Shown in pieces: positions 10,665-20,829 of a DNA stretch of 64,000 nucleotides (position 1 is the first letter of the stretch; every line of letters begins with the position of its first letter). The translations under genes were made by a program, and so were the position numbers. The stretch is from Elsinoe ampelina. Taxonomy: Eukaryota. The stretch is taken from contig ML992502.1 in assembly GCA_010093995.1 (NCBI GenBank), positions 861,001 through 925,000 of the forward strand, written 5' to 3'. The notes under the pieces are model-generated. The model saw only the letters and a program-made list of their open reading frames with translations. It did not search any database and was not told the origin of the DNA.

Positions 10665-11923
10665 TCAACTGAGTAGATACTCCCTCACCTTCCCACCCCA
10701 GACCACCTGCCTCTTATAGACCTCCATCTCAGGCACATTCCCCCTCCCCAACCCCAACACCGCCTCGGCCATCGCCTCGGCCATCCCCGGCTCACCCTTG
10801 ACCTCGTCCAAAGTATACATATACGTCTTGAAAGCAAACACCAACGCCCCCGTCTCCGGGAGCCGATGCAGCGTCTGCCTCTCCGCTCTAAGCCTACAAT
10901 CCTCGACCCTAACCTCTGCTTTCTGGCGCTCAATTTCGCTCTCCAGCCGGCCCTGTAGCCCCTCCCCTCCCGACCCCGGCGCATGAGTCCCCACGCCGTC
11001 GTCCCCCGTGAAGTGATTCCCCTTGAGGCAAAAGATCTCGTCTCCAGACGTCGTGACGGTCCAGTTTGCCCGTTTGACAATCTCCCCTTTGGCGATGCGG
11101 GCGAAGAACCGATCCATGCTTCGCTCGAGCTTGGCCGGGTAGCCGGGGACTGGGCCGTGGATCTGGGACAAGGGGAGGTTGAGTTTCTCCCGGGGTCGGA
11201 AGCCAGAGGGGAAGCAGTTGGCGAAGGAGAGGAGGTGGTATTTCGTTTCTGGCTCTGGTTGGGGTTGCTGGGAGGACGGGGTGGAGGGTGAGGTTGCGGG
11301 CGCTACTGGGCGAGGGGCGAGGAGGAGAAAGTCCGTGTCGATGTGTGAGGAGATGAGGCGGAGGCAGTCGATTGGGTCTGCCGGAGGGGGAAAGGGGATG
11401 GGTTCGGAGAGGAGGAGGTTGTATGGCTGAGGGAGGGGGGAGGGCGGGAGGGCTTTGGGGCTGACGGTGAAGATGGTGGGGAGGCGGAGGGGGAGGTACG
11501 TGGTGAAGAGCCAGGTGTAGAGTTCGTGGACCATGGGTGTGGTTCCAGGGAGGGAGGCGAGGGTTTCGTATGGATGAGAGGTGGTTATGGAGCGACGGAG
11601 AGCGATACGGGAGAGATAGGTCTTGTCGAAGGCGAGGAGGTCGGAGAGGGTGGTTTGCTCGATAGACATGGTGAGGTGATACTTGGGTTTGAAGGGGCGG
11701 AGCTTGATTGGAGGCTCATTATGGATGTCGAAGTCGACTAGAGGCGTGATTTGATTGTAGGGGTCATCTTGCTGGAGAGCCTTCTTCGAGTCTTGGGACT
11801 ATCTTGATTTAAAAAGCTGAGATGAATGTGGCATGCTCAACCTACCTTGAACACCGTCCATGCCAATGGAACCACAAGGATGAGGAAGCAGAAGAGAAAA
11901 GCTAGAACATAGACGGAAACCAT
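10665..11923 (-). CDS. DUF3445 / heme-dependent oxidative N-demethylase-like protein with N-terminal membrane anchor
   Basis: Exon 1 11923-11846 encodes MVSVYVLAFLFCFLILVVPLAWTVFK. Intron 11845-11799 (GTAGGT..TAG). Exon 2 has CFPSGF, IHGPVPGY, RANW and RAERQTLHRLPETGALVF. Confidence 0.85.
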
Positions 11924-12430
11924 CCTCGGACAAGGAAAGACACGATACAGACCATTTCATAGAGACGTTGGGTGATCAGACTTAAGTATCATGTTTATCA
12001 GTTGAATGGTTATCTGAGGGGTGACTCCAGATCGTGGAGGTCGTCGGCATTTTTAGCGTCGGAGTTGGGACACGGAGTGAGACACGGAATTGGTCAGGAT
12101 AGGCAAAAACACCCACTGTTGACAAGATTATTGGTGTCACGGTCAAATGGATAGGAGGCGGGTAGATTTTGTTGCAGTAATTGTCATTCAGGCTGCTCTG
12201 GTGGTGGTACATCAACGACAAAGCCTCTCTCGTTGTCTAGTACATTTTTGGAATCCATATCGCCGTCTCTAATTTTCCCGTCATCGCCATCATGATTGAC
12301 CTTTTCCCACTTCGCAATGCTGTTGTCACTCGAATGAACGAAACCACCAGGACCTTGATCCAACAAACTCCTCATACTCCTCGAAACAATCGACCACTCG
12401 CACTTTCTCTCTCCAATCAGCGCAAGTGCG

Positions 12431-13474
12431 CTATCGACCGAAGAAGGAAGACCCGTCGCAAGCAAAACCAGCTGCGCCAAAGTCGACCATCTGGGAAGTG
12501 GAGTTGGAAAGGCCGTGGTCGATTGAGGTCGTGGAAGTGTCAAAGTCGAAGAACGAATCAAAGTCGCCAGTAGTTTGTTCATTTGAGTTGGCGATTGGGT
12601 CCAAAAGGCCAAAAGTATTGTCTTGTAGGTTGTCATGACGCTCAAATGGGTTAAATAGAGGATAGTCCGAGTCCATACCCATGTTTGGGACGTTGACTGA
12701 ACCAAGAGACTGCTGGCCGCTGCGCTCAACCGACACTGCAGGTCGCACAACATTGCTGCAGAATGTTGTGTCGGGTTGAGCGCTGCGAAGAGAGACTCAT
12801 GGGTCAGGGACTCGTGACCGTTGTCTGATGGCATATTGTCTTCCATCTTGATGTAGGGGGTGTTTTCCGGTGATGTGGCTGGTGTACTGCACGAGAGGGA
12901 TGCTCGTGGATCGATGGTTGATGATGGTGAATGAGCTGATGAAGATGAGCCGGTACTAGAGACGAATTAGTGTCTGTGCCCGACAGCAGCGACGCGATGA
13001 AATGTACCTTTGGTTTGAATACCGGCGCTCAAAGAGTTCCTGATCTTCCTCGCTGATCGCCGGTAACGAACCACCAAGCTGCTCTTTACACTTTTCGAGC
13101 TGAGCGGACTGGATGTTGATCATGTGCTGCATCTCCTTCATCTTGGCCAAGAGCTTCTCGTTGGCCACGGCGAGTCCTTCAGCCTCTTGTCGCTTCCGCT
13201 CCCTGGAATTGTGGGCTGCTGCGCGATTGCGCTTGATTCTCTCGATACGACGCTGCTCCTTTTCATCTTCGGTCTTTGCCCTTTTCCGTGGTGGGAGATT
13301 TGTCTTTGGTTCCGGAAGTTCTTGACCCCACGATTTCCGCTTCTTGACTGGCTTTGTGACGCTAAGCGTATGTGTTGGTGGACAGAATAGATTATCCATG
13401 GCGAACATAGGATCCGGCGAAACTGATGAATGTGTCGAATAAGTCATGAGTGATTGTGGTGAAATGTGCTCCAT
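12431..13474 (-). CDS. HAC1: bZIP UPR transcription factor HacA, Ire1-spliced form; the unspliced form reads on to 12184
   Basis: KKRKSWGQELPEPKTNLPPRKRAKTEDEKEQRRIERIKRNRAAAHNSRERKR. Spliceosomal intron 13007-12956. Unspliced frame reads TQHSAAMLCDLQC. Confidence 0.95.
12739..12758 (-). other. HAC1: 20-nt unconventional (Ire1-cleaved) intron of HAC1
   Basis: CTG^CAGCAATGTTGTGCGACCTG^CAGTG. Both sites lie in 7-nt CNG'CAGN loops closed by stems CACAACATT/AATGTTGTG and CGAC/GTCG. Confidence 0.95.
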
Positions 13475-16114
13475 CTTGAATATTGGTTTTGACGATGCAA
13501 TATCGTCATGCAATTGATGACTGGTGATGACAGCTGGCCAGATTGAATAGGCAGCTTCTTTGTGTGGATGACTGAGACTGGACCTGGAACCGGGGGCGGA
13601 TGGGGCGTTAATAAATGCGACCCGTCGATTGACCCTATTCACGGAAGGTGCACGGCTAATCTCCCTTTCGGATTAGTGCCAAAGCCTAAATGTCGACCCC
13701 TTGAACGCATCAGCCTCGTGGGCGGCCGCCCCTTGGGATGGATTCAAGAGCCTTCGTGGAGCTTTGTTACCCCCGACTCGTGAGAGGCAGAGTTGCTCAG
13801 ACCATGTCCTTGTTCCAGAAAAATAGGGCTTCTCTCATACTTGGAATCAGATTTTGGTGAAGCTTTGTGGGAAAACGAAATACACGTAAATCTTGCTCGC
13901 TTAGCATTGTCACAGGCTACACCGGAGAGACCTGCTTAATACGGGCGGGGGAAGCTTTCAGATGCCAATTTCAATTTCACAACCGAGGACCCTCAGACCC
14001 TGCGGGCGACCTCTGCGTGACCATTTCTCTCGAGGATCGCTTGACCCTCGACTGTGTAGGATCATCAAGGTCGCGGTTTGACTGGTGGGCCATGGATTTG
14101 CAGGCTGATACAAATGACCGTGTCCTGACCCCGGGCCGCCGAATACATCTGAGGACCAATGAGCCGCGGGCCGTGCAGATGGGGTCGAGGTTGCGGCTGA
14201 TCTGCCTTCTGAACAAACAGTAGCCGCGTATAGCTGTAGGAATACAGGATGCTTGTTGCATTCAAGGTGTCAAATCCTCGTGCTTCCACGTACTCAACCA
14301 TGGGAGTCTTCAAAGTATCTCTATTTTCAGCACTGTCTCGGTCGACGTCAACCCTGAAATTGCTGTTCCGACAGCCCTGATACTACCTCCTTGAAATGTG
14401 TCTCAGTGCAGGAAATGAAGCCTCATTGGGGCCTATACATCAGTAACGCAAACCCCGGTGCATCTACTCATCCACTTACTCGCAGGCGGGTCGACGCACA
14501 AAGGGTGATCACAGATGCGGTACCTGTAGATCCATCTGGGTGCCGTATGAAGACCCGGCAGATCTTGTTGCTTCACGCCTTCTAACAGCTTCACCAACAC
14601 GGCTTGAGATCTGTTTCAGAATACACCTGCATACCGGCTGCGCGGTAGACCTGCATAGAACCTTGTCGGGGAGGCAAAGGGTCAATGCTGGGTGCCGAAA
14701 TCTGACCTTGACCAATCTGGTGCGAGGCTGGCATCTGTCCCTCTACCAAATCCGGCTATTACGCCTGAGGCTATTGCCGTGTATCCTACCTCTTTGGTCC
14801 AAGGTGGCGTGTCTACTCGAGGCTTGCTAAAGACGTATAATCGGACAGGTTTACCTGTTGGACCTTTCGCCTTGAAACTCACCACGGATCTGCCTTGCTG
14901 GTTTGTTTACACTTCCAAATGGACAGAAAACAATCCTTCTTCCTTGTAGTCCAGAGATAGATCAAAGGACAGAGAGTGTGTCGACTCTGGAGACTAGCGA
15001 GTGAGGCTCTCTCGTGGTTATTTGATGACCTGGTCTTTCGAAGAGGAGTAGGCCTGTGAGACGAATACAGGCTTCTTGGGAGACAGGGAAACTTCGAGCG
15101 TATCAGTGGCGAAGAAAGACAGCCCGTTTAACCGCCTCTGCTACGGTAGTGTCATTGGGTGAGGGCAACCAGTACTGTTAATCCATTTCCTTGGCGGGTC
15201 GGGAAGTATCCTTTCGAAGCATCTCGGATCATCTTGTCGAGCGAGGTGAAGTCCTTCGCGGCCGAGCCTCATAGTTCCGTAGTTGCTGAAATGGAGCCGG
15301 AGATATAGCTTCAGTAGTTAGCCCACAAAGCAGTGGCCATGATACATACCTTCAAGACCCACTGGAGGAGCCCTCGACTCTCACTGTCGAGACGCGATTC
15401 GTCATTGGCGTTGCGTCTTCACCATCCCGGTCCGAGCGGGTTGGCTATTTCTGTCGGCGATGACCCCGAGTAGGGCTGATATCGTGCTTCATAGTGAGAT
15501 GTAACTTTCCGCTGGCAGGAATTTGATGAGAATGAACTTTCCTGCCATCTCCCGGCTGAAAGCAATAATGCTTGTCCGAATTGAATGTCTGAATTCAGAA
15601 AGCTGATGGTACTGGGGTACTACAGAACATATATACCACCTTCGATCTCAAGAACCCTTCACACCAACTGTGCATCGAATGTTGGAGGACATGTGGGATG
15701 CAAGGATGTGATACACGTGACGATCTGAGGCGCGTACAAAGCCGTGAACAGTGGTGGGAGGACAGGCGACGTAGGAAGGATGCGAGAGGCCGGATTAGGT
15801 GGTTCCTCCAAATCTTGCAATCGGTAAGACGCGACAGACACAGCTGGCGAGTATTGTGTTTCGTGTTCTTGACCGTGGGAGGGTATTCTGTCATTAATAG
15901 TCCTGTCCATGTAGTACCAAGGATATTGACAGAAAAAACATGTGTGAAAAATGAGGTCGACGGTATTGATATGCTCAATAATGAGGGAAGCGGGGTATCG
16001 ACAGTGGGGCGCATTGCATCGGGGCGCTTCTGATGAACCCTGAGCACCAACCAATTTTCACTTCATTCCTTCGCTACATCAGAGGGAACAGGAAGAAGGA
16101 AGCACCGAGAAGTC

Positions 16115-17023
16115 ATGAGTTCGCCAAAAGTAATCATCGTTACTGGTGCCTCACGAGGTTGGCGGATCATGTTTTGATCGATAGATCGCCGATTTAACTC
16201 TGTGCATAGGTATCGGTCTCGCTGCGGCACACTTTCTTTTGAAGCAGAAGCACAATTTGGTCGTAGTCGCAAGAAGCAGAGGACCTCTGGACGAACTCAA
16301 GCAGCAGTATGGAGATCAAGTACAAGTCTTGGCTGGCGACTTGTCCGACTTCAGTCTCGGTCCAAAAGCACTTGATCTTGCCACCAGCACTTGGAACCGT
16401 CTGGATGGCCTCATTCTGAACCACGGTGTTCTTGACCCTGTCAAACGCGTTGCTCAAGCTGATCCTGAGGAATGGCGCAAGTGCTTTGATATTAATTTCT
16501 TCTCCTACGTTGCATCCGTGAGTTTCCCCTACCAGTCTTACAAACAGGAAGCCTTAATCGGAATAGGTCAAAGCATGCCTACCTGCTCTTCGAGAGACTA
16601 AAGGAAAGATTGTCCTCTGTTCATCTGGTGCTTCACAGTCACCGTACAGTACATGGGGTGCATATGGCGCCACGAAAGCAGCCATCAATCATCTAGCAGC
16701 AACGCTCTCGGTGGAGGAACCAGATGTCACTACGATCTCATTGAGACCAGGTGTAGTCGATACCGAGATGCAGCGGGCAATTCGTGAACAGCACTCGGAG
16801 TCCATGGACAAGAAGGCCGCGGATCACTTTGCCAATCTTCATGGAACGGGGAAGTTGTTGAAGCCGGAGCAGCCAGGACATGTCATGGCCCAACTTGCGA
16901 CTGACGGACCCAAAGATCTAAGCGGAGCATTTCTCACGTAAGCATGGTTATCGTTGGATGAAGTCGGACTAACATGATGTCAGCTGGAACGACGAAAAAT
17001 TGGCAGCTTTCCAAAACAAATAG
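16115..17023 (+). CDS. Short-chain dehydrogenase/reductase
   Basis: TGASRGIG is rebuilt across intron 16158-16209. Catalytic YGATK; LRPGVVDTEMQ. Further introns near 16518-16567 and 16938-16983. Confidence 0.92.
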
Positions 17024-17036
17024 TTTTTGGTAAAGA

Positions 17037-17122
17037 TCAGATGAAAGATGAAAAGCAATACGTTTTTGACATCAAAAGACTTTGGGTCTTCAGGTTTAGC
17101 ATGGAATGTAGTTGTACATCAT
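17037..17122 (-). ncRNA. Box C/D snoRNA, snR53-like (18S rRNA Am796 in yeast numbering)
   Basis: C ATGATGT, D' CTGA, C' TTGATGT, D CTGA. The D' guide ATTCCATGCTAA is complementary over 12 nt to conserved 18S UUAGCAUGGAAU, and the +5 rule hits the A of UUAGC. Confidence 0.85.
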
Positions 17123-17311
17123 GGTAGAGATATAGAAATAGAACCGAGTTGTACATACCTTGGTCCTTGTGACATGTGTTTCGTGGCAGAAGGTTTGTTG
17201 TCTTCAAAACGGCAGGTCGTGGGCAGTTGCGTCTCTGTAATGATGCTGTAGCTAATCAGTCTCATGACTAGGTAAGAAGGTTTGCGAAAAAGGTGAATGA
17301 GGTGCAAGAAA

Positions 17312-17387
17312 TCAGATACGTCCGTTTGGCATAGGACTGGACAATCACCACGATAGGTATGATAGGGGCGACACAGATGATCATCAG
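17312..17387 (-). ncRNA. Box C/D snoRNA, candidate guide for LSU Gm908 (snR60/U80-type site)
   Basis: C CTGATGA, degenerate D' CATA, C' GTGGTGA, D CTGA. TCGCCCCTAT is complementary over 10 nt to LSU AUAGGGGCGA. Confidence 0.65.
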
Positions 17388-17633
17388 AGAGAACAGAAGG
17401 GGTTTGCGAGTAATTAGAAACGTACCTAATGGAAAGACCAATTGGAGCACTCCCACAAAAGAGGGCGTTTTGAGAGTGCTCGATATTTCAGAAGCAGAGA
17501 TCTCAGCTTGCAAAAAAATCCATAGAGATCCGCCGCTCCGGCTTTTCGGTGCGGCTGCCGTCCTGCTTAGATTCCAGCATTGCTCGCCGTCCCCTTCTAC
17601 TCGTCTTTCTCCTTCATTGAAACATTGCACAAC

Positions 17634-18228
17634 ATGTCTGACAAGGAGTTCGGAGGCAAGTTGACTGCAAGGCTTGACTACACTTTCACTGACGCGAACC
17701 TCAGGCAATGATGATCTCTCGCTGCCCAAAGGTACGACCCACAAAACAACAGGACTATCATGACGCGCAGGACGAGACTGACTTGGCTCAGCGACGGTTC
17801 AGAAGATCATCAATGAGGTGCTAGCGAGCGAAGGGGGCATGTCATTCGCCAAAGAATCCCGCGACCTCCTCATCGAATGCTGCGTCGAGTTCATTACCAT
17901 GATTTCCTCGGAAGCAAACGAGATTGCGGAAAAGGACGCGAAGAAGACGATCGCTTGCGAGCACATCACAAAAGCTCTGGAGGATCTAGGCTTTGCTGAA
18001 TACGTGCCGGATTTGTTGGAGGTCGCACAACAGTTCAAGACACAACAAGTGGTAAGCGGGGCCTCGGTATGCACTGGAAGGGAAGCATCTGCTGATAGCC
18101 GATAGACAAGAGAAAAGAAACAGAGCAAGATCGAGCAGAGCGGACTTTCTGAGGAGGAATTGCTAAGACAGCAAGAGGAGCTGTTCCGATCCGCAACACA
18201 GAAGTTCAACGCAGCCCCTGGAGAGTGA
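17634..18228 (+). CDS. NCB2: Negative cofactor 2 beta subunit (Dr1, histone fold)
   Basis: MSDKEFGG-NDDLSLPKATVQKII..CCVEFITMISSEANEI..KKTIACEH. Introns 17656-17704 (GC-AG), 17732-17791 and 18052-18105. Confidence 0.95.
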
Positions 18229-18626
18229 GCATTTACGGGAAGAGAAAGAGAACACTCGCGATTCTATGTTCGCAGCAGCATCTGCTCGGGGAGCTTGGTA
18301 TTGCAGGGCTGACGGAGTGATGAGCGAGACAGCGATCAGCAAGAGCATGGAGTTTAGGCGTTCGTACGGCAATGCGGAACAGTGAAAAGGATGATACCCG
18401 GCGAGCAAGCCATTGATATTCTTACCATCACACTTCGATTCTTATCCTATCCACGTGCTAGAATCAGGTATTCCATTTCCTCAAAATCGCTGCCTTGAGT
18501 CGCATGTGAATGCCAAGCCCCCACCAGCGGTGACGTCCAACGACCGCAGCGGCCCAAGCCATCCCACTTCCACCTCTCGCTCACTTCTACCATTTGCAAC
18601 ACTATTACATGCCCTTGTAAACCACC

Positions 18627-19271
18627 ATGTCAGGCCTCGAAAAGGCCTTGTTCAACCTCAAATTCACTGCGAAGCAACTCAATCGACAAGCTGCCAAAGC
18701 AGGCAAAGACGAACTCGCGGAGAAGGCCAAGCTCAAGAAAGCGATCCAGCAGAACCATAGCGATATCGCAAAGATCTATGCACAGAATGCGATCCGGAAG
18801 CAGAATGAGAAGGTGAACTTGTTGCGATTGGCAAGTCGCATCGATGCCGTGAGCTCGCGGGTGCAAACAGCTGTGACGATGAGGCAGGTGACGGGGAGTA
18901 TGGCGAATGTGGTCAAAGGAATGGACGGAGCTATGAAGGCTATGGATCTAGAGAAGGTGGGACATTCTAAAAGGGGTGCAAATATCACATGCTGACGGTG
19001 GCAGATCTCGGCAGTCATGGATCGATTCGAGACACAGTTCGAGGACCTGGATGTAGCGACAGGATACTACGAGAATGCGACTAGCCAGGCAACGGCTGTC
19101 GGGACACCGCAGGAGGATGTAGACCGCCTTATGTCTCAGGTCGCGGATGAAGCCGGTGTTGAGCTCAATCAAGAGATGGCTTCGGCAACGCCTGCTCAGA
19201 ACATCAAGACTGGTCCGACGGAAGTGGAGGAGGATGGGCTTGGTGAGAGGTTACGAGCATTGAGGAATTGA
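18627..19271 (+). CDS. DID2: ESCRT-III-associated Snf7-family protein (CHMP1/Vps46)
   Basis: [35 protein letters not shown]. Intron 18957-19004. C-terminal [13 protein letters not shown]. Confidence 0.95.
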
Positions 19272-19389
19272 GGACAAGGAGAGGCGGGAATGCTTTGATT
19301 GATGTGCTAGGCGTTCAGGAGGATGGTCATTATGAAGTACAGGACTAGCGACGAATCGATTCAGCTATGTACACATCACTGCTCAAATA

Positions 19390-20319
19390 TCACTTTCCCA
19401 GTGTCGATTCCAGCCATGATGCCAGACTGGTAACAGCGACACCCTTGGTTTCATTGTAGGAGGTCGCTTTGTCCCATTTGACACCTTTCCCAGACGCAAA
19501 CGCCACCCGATACTTCCGTATCGTATCATCCGGCTCGACATTAAGGTCCTCCATCAGATGCCGCCTGTCCCACAGCTCCTTATGAACCGTCTTACCCGTC
19601 ACCCTTCCCACAATACCCGCCAGCTCTTCATACGTGAAGCTCTCCCCCGCAGTATAGATGACCTGCTGCTTCACAGACCCATCAAACAGCGCCATCGCCG
19701 TCAACCTCCCAATGTCCTCCACAGCAGTAACAGTAAGCCCGTTCTCCCACGACCCCAACCCCCTCACGTACACCGCTTCGGCCTTGGGATCCTTCGCACC
19801 CAACACCACTCCAAAGCTCTCCTCAAACACAAAACTCATAAACACGCCCGTCGAAATAATCACCCAATCCACCTCGCTCTGCTCTCTCAAAAGCTTCCTC
19901 ACCTGCAGCTGCTCATCAAACAACGTCTGCCCCGACCCCTTGCCAATCGCATCGTAATCTACCCCAAACTGCCACGGGAAGAACCGCTTCACCCCGGCCG
20001 CCAGCGCCGCCTGAGTGATCTTGAGCTGCGTGCCAGGACCGGCGGCGAATCCGAGACACGAGATGACGGCGTCGTAGGGTTGGAGAATGCGGGCGAGGCT
20101 GTCCGGGTCGAGGCTGGAGATGTCGTGGCGGATGATGGTGATGCCCCGTGATTGGATCTGGGAGGCGTCTTTGGAGGAGGAGGAAGATTCGGGGCGGAGG
20201 AGGACGGTGAGTTTGCTTTGTTGTTCGGCGATGGGGGGCTGGGAGAGGAGGCCTTGGAGGACGGAGAGGCCGAGTTCGCCTGCGCCGAGGACGAGGATCG
20301 AGGATAGGGGGAGGGTCAT
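19390..20319 (-). CDS. NmrA-like / isoflavone-reductase-family NAD(P)-binding protein
   Basis: ILVLGAGELG, RFFPWQFGVDYD, TGVFMSF. Intronless. Confidence 0.88.
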   Translation of the reverse strand: MTLPLSSILVLGAGELGLSVLQGLLSQPPIAEQQSKLTVLLRPESSSSSKDASQIQSRGITIIRHDISSLDPDSLARILQPYDAVISCLGFAAGPGTQLKITQAALAAGVKRFFPWQFGVDYDAIGKGSGQTLFDEQLQVRKLLREQSEVDWVIISTGVFMSFVFEESFGVVLGAKDPKAEAVYVRGLGSWENGLTVTAVEDIGRLTAMALFDGSVKQQVIYTAGESFTYEELAGIVGRVTGKTVHKELWDRRHLMEDLNVEPDDTIRKYRVAFASGKGVKWDKATSYNETKGVAVTSLASWLESTLGK

Positions 20320-20829
20320 GCTGGTGGTGGTCTTGGGGAATGGGTGGTGTACGTCGCAGGCTTGTTCAGTGGGCGAGGCCGAGTGGAGACCGAATCGATT
20401 TGAAACCGCGCAAGAAGCAAAATAGCGCTGTACAGGCAATTGAAAGAAGATTGATATAAACCTCTGTGGCTGACTTGCTGATCTGACTAATGTCGAGGAC
20501 TTACTGTATCTCCGCCACTTAAATTCGAGATGTCTTGTGGATCTGGCCGATTTCATTCACGCTACACAAACCACGTGCATGAGATGGTACCTTCTGCTGG
20601 TATTGGGAACTTCGAATTCGAGTTGTGAATGCTCGGCTCACAGGTAAGTGGCAAAGATGATGGTGCTGAATGATCGACGTTGGACCTGACGATGAGCTTC
20701 AAAGGACCCACCTCGAAGTGGATGACGGTGTTACAGGATTAATGAAGGGATTCGATCTACTTTCCTGTCGTCTCGACAAAAGCGTCTGATTTAGCCGTTG
20801 ACAAAGCCTGACTGATTCACCAAATCACT

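Larger units (their letters stand above)
16969..17500 (-). ncRNA. Non-coding snoRNA host transcript with two introns (ends approximate)
   Basis: Introns 17425-17246 (GTACGT..CTGAT..CAG) and 17158-16969 (GTATGT..GCTGAC..TAG) are about 3x longer than neighbouring introns and each holds a C/D unit. The 87-nt middle exon has no credible CDS. Confidence 0.7.

Noticed and set aside
17268..17744. 158-aa minus-strand ORF over the snoRNA host
   Set aside because: Non-ATG start, runs through an intron and a snoRNA, and overlaps NCB2.
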